This document shows, piece by piece, positions 60,825-64,000 of a DNA stretch of 64,000 nucleotides. Origin of the DNA: Acidobacteriota bacterium (GTDB lineage Bacteria; Acidobacteriota; Vicinamibacteria; Vicinamibacterales; UBA2999); assembly GCA_023265015.1 (NCBI GenBank), contig JAHFUO010000004.1:13492-77491 (forward strand), in the 5' to 3' direction. The notes below the pieces were generated by a model, which saw only the letters and a list, made by a program, of their open reading frames with translations, searched no databases and had not been told where the DNA came from. A program made the position numbers and the translations under genes. How positions within the stretch are numbered: position 1 is the first letter of the stretch; the number at the start of each line of letters is the position of its first letter.

Positions 60825-62513
60825 CTACGCCCGCGGTGGTCCCATGGCACTCCTTACATAATGGACGCCCGTGAGCACGGCATATCCTGTCGTTCCACCA
60901 TCGTCGCGTCCGTCTGCTGCCCACTCCTGCGCAAACTGAGCAGCGACGCTGACGACCACGCCGTCGCGATCTTCAGGAAGGATGACCTGAACCGGATCAC
61001 CGCTTTTCGCATCCTTCCACAGTCCAACGACACGGGATGTCTTGTTCACGTGAGGCGGACGACTGAGTTCAGCCATACCAAGGCTCGTGACCGTCAACAC
61101 AGAACTGCCGGGATCGTCAGCCAATACGGTGGCGTAACGAGCGGGCCAGCGGCTTCCGAGCTGCGGGCCGTCCATCAGGAGCGCGACCACAAGGTTGGGA
61201 CCGACGGCCCTTACGAAGTCTCCCACAGGATCTTGTCTGGCAAGATCTTCACAAATCAAGACGCTCATCGTGAGCCATGGTTGCATGGCGACGAAGTAGA
61301 GCTGCCGTGGCCCGATATGAATGTGTTCCCACCACAACTTGTTGGAGTCCAGTCGACCACCAAGTCCGTATTGAATGATCTGACGCTTATCCAAACACCA
61401 TTTGTGGTGCTTGCTTTGCCGCAACTGAATCTGCGGTGAGAAGGATGCTGTTGCACCGTACAACGGAATATCGAAAGTGAGTAGATTCGCCGAACGATCC
61501 AAACCCTGTGACGAGGTGTCGCCAACGCCTGCAATCAAAAAAGAATCACGAGCAAGGATCTTTCGACGCAACCTTTCATGAGTAGGTTGAGTCAGTGCGC
61601 TCTCTGGAAATATGACTCCATCGACTGAGCCGACTTGACGGGTTGCGTCATCCATGAGGGACATCACCCATTTGTCAAACTGCTGCGGCTTCTCAGGTCG
61701 CGCTTTGAACCGAAAGCATCCATACGTGGAAGGAAGATTGCGAAAATCAGCTTCTGGAGGCGACGTCGGTTCAAATTGAGCGGGCAAGATTTCGTGCGGC
61801 CACGGCACGATAAGCAGATTGAGAGCGTGCCGCGATTGCGCGCGGCTCGGCATCTTGATCCAACGAGCGGTCAAATCTGACGCTGGACAGAGTGCGAGAT
61901 GGTGCGACAAGGATCGAACTGTCATCCCCGTTTGGGGGGTATGAAGCTTCGGAAGAACAACGAGTCTTGTCGAGGAGATCTGGCGACAGAGACTCGACTC
62001 CGAGTGTAAGATGCCGATTGCCTCTAACTCGAACCAGTCAGGGGTGCCGCGAACAGACGCGTCGGGCAAGCCGACTCCCGCCGAAGCCTCGTCAGCCGCC
62101 ACCATCAATTGCAATCCGGCTCTGCACGCGGCACGATGTGCGCTGAGCTCGGCTAATGGAAAGCGTCCGCTTCGCAGGAACAGCTTCCACCAAATACCCA
62201 CCTGACGCGGGAACGGTGTTCCGTCGGCTGCAGCCAGTCGCCACTGTTTACCAAGTACGCGGATCCGTTCCACCCAATGTCCCGCTCTTTCCTTGGAACC
62301 GGGCGGCCATCCCTCGAGGACAACTGTATAGGCGCCTGATCGTTGGAGAACTGACGCGACGAGACCAAACACGTCTGGTGGCCATTGCGGAACGTCTGAA
62401 TCGGTACATCCAGGTAGCAGAAACTCGAGATACTCGCGCACTGTCAATTTGTCGCTCGTATCAGCACGCGAACCGGCGCGGGGCGGAGTCTTAAGGTGTC
62501 CTCTTCGTCGCAT
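60825..62513 (-). CDS. 562-aa protein: unknown N-terminal domain fused to a carbon-nitrogen hydrolase (nitrilase-superfamily)-like domain
   Basis: Ordered motifs VDGVIFPESAL (E304), LRQSKHHKW (K368) and VLICEDLA (C421). Low GC. ATG 62513. The upstream 116 codons of the 678-aa ORF overlap the next gene and are rejected. Confidence 0.6.
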   Translation of the reverse strand: MRRRGHLKTPPRAGSRADTSDKLTVREYLEFLLPGCTDSDVPQWPPDVFGLVASVLQRSGAYTVVLEGWPPGSKERAGHWVERIRVLGKQWRLAAADGTPFPRQVGIWWKLFLRSGRFPLAELSAHRAACRAGLQLMVAADEASAGVGLPDASVRGTPDWFELEAIGILHSESSLCRQISSTRLVVLPKLHTPQTGMTVRSLSHHLALCPASDLTARWIKMPSRAQSRHALNLLIVPWPHEILPAQFEPTSPPEADFRNLPSTYGCFRFKARPEKPQQFDKWVMSLMDDATRQVGSVDGVIFPESALTQPTHERLRRKILARDSFLIAGVGDTSSQGLDRSANLLTFDIPLYGATASFSPQIQLRQSKHHKWCLDKRQIIQYGLGGRLDSNKLWWEHIHIGPRQLYFVAMQPWLTMSVLICEDLARQDPVGDFVRAVGPNLVVALLMDGPQLGSRWPARYATVLADDPGSSVLTVTSLGMAELSRPPHVNKTSRVVGLWKDAKSGDPVQVILPEDRDGVVVSVAAQFAQEWAADGRDDGGTTGYAVLTGVHYVRSAMGPPRA

Positions 62514-62637
62514 GGCGATGGAGCATAACGAACTCTGAGTGCCGAGTGGAATCTTTCGGTTACCAGTCTCGGAACGAACCGCGAGGGGAGTTAAAGTGGA
62601 TCGCAAACGGTCAAGGCCATGAATATGATCAAGGCGC

Positions 62638-63510
62638 GTGGGCAATAGCCTTTCAGAGGTCGCCCGGCTCACGCATGTGCTGGTCAAGCATCCGCGTGAC
62701 GCGTTTGTTGACGAGTCCACCATCGCCGCGCAGTGGAAGCCGCTGAACTTCGTCTCGCCGCCCGCGCTCGCGTCGGCGATCGCCGAATACGAAGCGTTCT
62801 TCGATTCAATTCGGGCCGCGGGTGCTCGGGTCGATTTCCTTCCGCGCGACGACAGAACCAACCTCGACTCGCTCTACCCGCGCGACGCATCGGTCGTCTC
62901 CGCGCACGGCGTCATCCTGTGCAACATGGGGAAACGAGCGCGTGCGAATGAACCAGCCGCGCAGGAAGCCGCGTTGAGGCAGCTCGGTGTCCCGATCGCC
63001 GGCTCCATCACGGAGCCAGGGCATCTCGAGGGCGGCGACGTCGTCTGGCTGGACGATCGGTCGGTTGCGGTTGGCAGGGGCTACCGCACGGACGATGAAG
63101 GCATCCGGCAGTTTCGAGCGCTGCTCGGCGACTCGATCGACGAGCTGATCGTGGTGCCGCTTCCCCACTGGCGCGGGCCCGGCGACGTGCTGCACCTGAT
63201 GTCGCTCGTCAGCCCAGTCGATCGCGACCTGGCCGTCGTCTATTCGCCGCTGCTTCCTGTGCCGTTTCGTGAGCGTCTCATCGCGCGCGGCTGCACGCTC
63301 GTCGAAGTGCCAGATGCGGAGTTCGAAAGCATGGGAACAAACGTGCTCGCGCTTGCGCCGCGGATATGCGTGATGCTGGCGGGAAACCCGCGAACGCGAC
63401 GCGCGCTCGAACAGGCCGGCGCCGCCGTGTCTGAGTACGTGGGGAACGAGATCAGCGTCAAGGGGGCCGGAGGACCCACGTGTCTGACGCGCCCAATCGC
63501 CAGGACGTAG
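62638..63510 (+). CDS. dimethylarginine dimethylaminohydrolase / amidinotransferase-family (guanidino-group-modifying) enzyme
   Basis: 290 aa. LEGGDV, HLMS and C-terminal GGPTCLTRP (catalytic Cys motif). Confidence 0.75.
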   Translation: MGNSLSEVARLTHVLVKHPRDAFVDESTIAAQWKPLNFVSPPALASAIAEYEAFFDSIRAAGARVDFLPRDDRTNLDSLYPRDASVVSAHGVILCNMGKRARANEPAAQEAALRQLGVPIAGSITEPGHLEGGDVVWLDDRSVAVGRGYRTDDEGIRQFRALLGDSIDELIVVPLPHWRGPGDVLHLMSLVSPVDRDLAVVYSPLLPVPFRERLIARGCTLVEVPDAEFESMGTNVLALAPRICVMLAGNPRTRRALEQAGAAVSEYVGNEISVKGAGGPTCLTRPIART

Positions 63511-63520
63511 AATCAACCGG

Positions 63521-64000
63521 ATGGTGATTCGATCGGTGGCCGTCCTCGGCGCGGGGACGATGGGCGCTCAGATCGCCGCGCATTTCGCGAATGCCGGCGT
63601 GCCCTCGCTGCTGCTCGACGTCACCGCCGACGCCGCTGCCCAGGGACTCAAGCGGGCGCGCGCACTGAAGCCCGATCCCTTCTTCACCCCTGATACGTGG
63701 AAGCTCGTCACGACCGGCAGCTTCGATGAGCTCCCGCGCATCAGCAGCAGCGACTGGATCATCGAAGCCATCGTCGAGCTGCTCGACATCAAGCGCGGAT
63801 TGCTCGAGAAGGTCGACACGGCCCGGCGGCCCGGCTCGATTGTCAGCTCGAACACCTCGGGCATCCCGATCGCTGCGCTCGCGGAAGGGCGGAGCGACGA
63901 CTTCCGCCGCCACTGGCTCGGCACACATTTCTTCAACCCACCGCGATACCTCCACCTCTTGGAGATGATTCCGACCGCCGACACGAACAGGGAGATCATC
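63521..64000 (+). CDS. 3-hydroxyacyl-CoA dehydrogenase (FadB/FadJ-like), 5' partial
   Basis: My own translation from ATG 63521 gives MVIRSVAVLGAGTMGAQIAAHFANAGV...SNTSGIPI...HFFNPPRYLHLLE. The frame is open to the window end and is not in the ORF track. Confidence 0.85.
   Translation, partial: MVIRSVAVLGAGTMGAQIAAHFANAGVPSLLLDVTADAAAQGLKRARALKPDPFFTPDTWKLVTTGSFDELPRISSSDWIIEAIVELLDIKRGLLEKVDTARRPGSIVSSNTSGIPIAALAEGRSDDFRRHWLGTHFFNPPRYLHLLEMIPTADTNREII

Noticed and set aside
62514-62861. 116-codon N-terminal extension of the CN-hydrolase-like ORF (the 678-aa version).
   Set aside because: It overlaps the DDAH-like gene in antisense, has flank-like high GC and a low-complexity sequence. ATG 62513 is the first start inside the low-GC segment.

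Overview
This is a high-GC bacterial chromosomal segment. Hand counts of single 60-nt lines mostly give 70-75% G+C. Gene content and the many REP-like hairpin families suggest an Acidobacteriota-type genome, but that is inference only. Most of the window is core housekeeping. It holds lepA-lepB, a vapBC toxin-antitoxin pair, citrate synthase, a GT2 synthase, larB, mutS2, dnaG-rpoD-tRNA(CAU), an MFS transporter, acyl-CoA ligase plus thiolase, and acpS/pgeF. A complete minus-strand dcw cluster (mraZ-rsmH-ftsL-ftsI-murE-murF-mraY-murD-ftsW-murG-murC-ftsQ-ftsA-ftsZ) spans 25.5-42.8 kb. It is followed by ychF, an 8-gene glycosyltransferase/amino-sugar cluster with several overlapping start/stop junctions (44.0-51.6 kb), murJ, a rhomboid protease, a fused E1 dehydrogenase and a partial 3-hydroxyacyl-CoA dehydrogenase. 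Four things stand out. (1) A ~2.3-kb low-GC island (60.3-62.6 kb) encodes a 562-aa protein plus a small downstream ORF. The protein has an unrecognisable N-terminal half fused to a nitrilase-superfamily-like (Glu-Lys-Cys) C-terminal half. This is the best candidate for an undescribed system. (2) Two conserved genes, lepA and pgeF, each carry a single in-frame stop exactly at a conserved Tyr codon. (3) Palindromic or tandem repeat elements sit in frame, in multiples of 3 nt, inside mutS2, murF, ftsI and pgeF. (4) Short tandem heptamer/octamer arrays recur in inverted pairs that would fold into long hairpins, filling spacers such as lepA|lepB, mraZ|rsmH and ftsW|murG. No CRISPR array, transposase, integrase or rRNA was seen.
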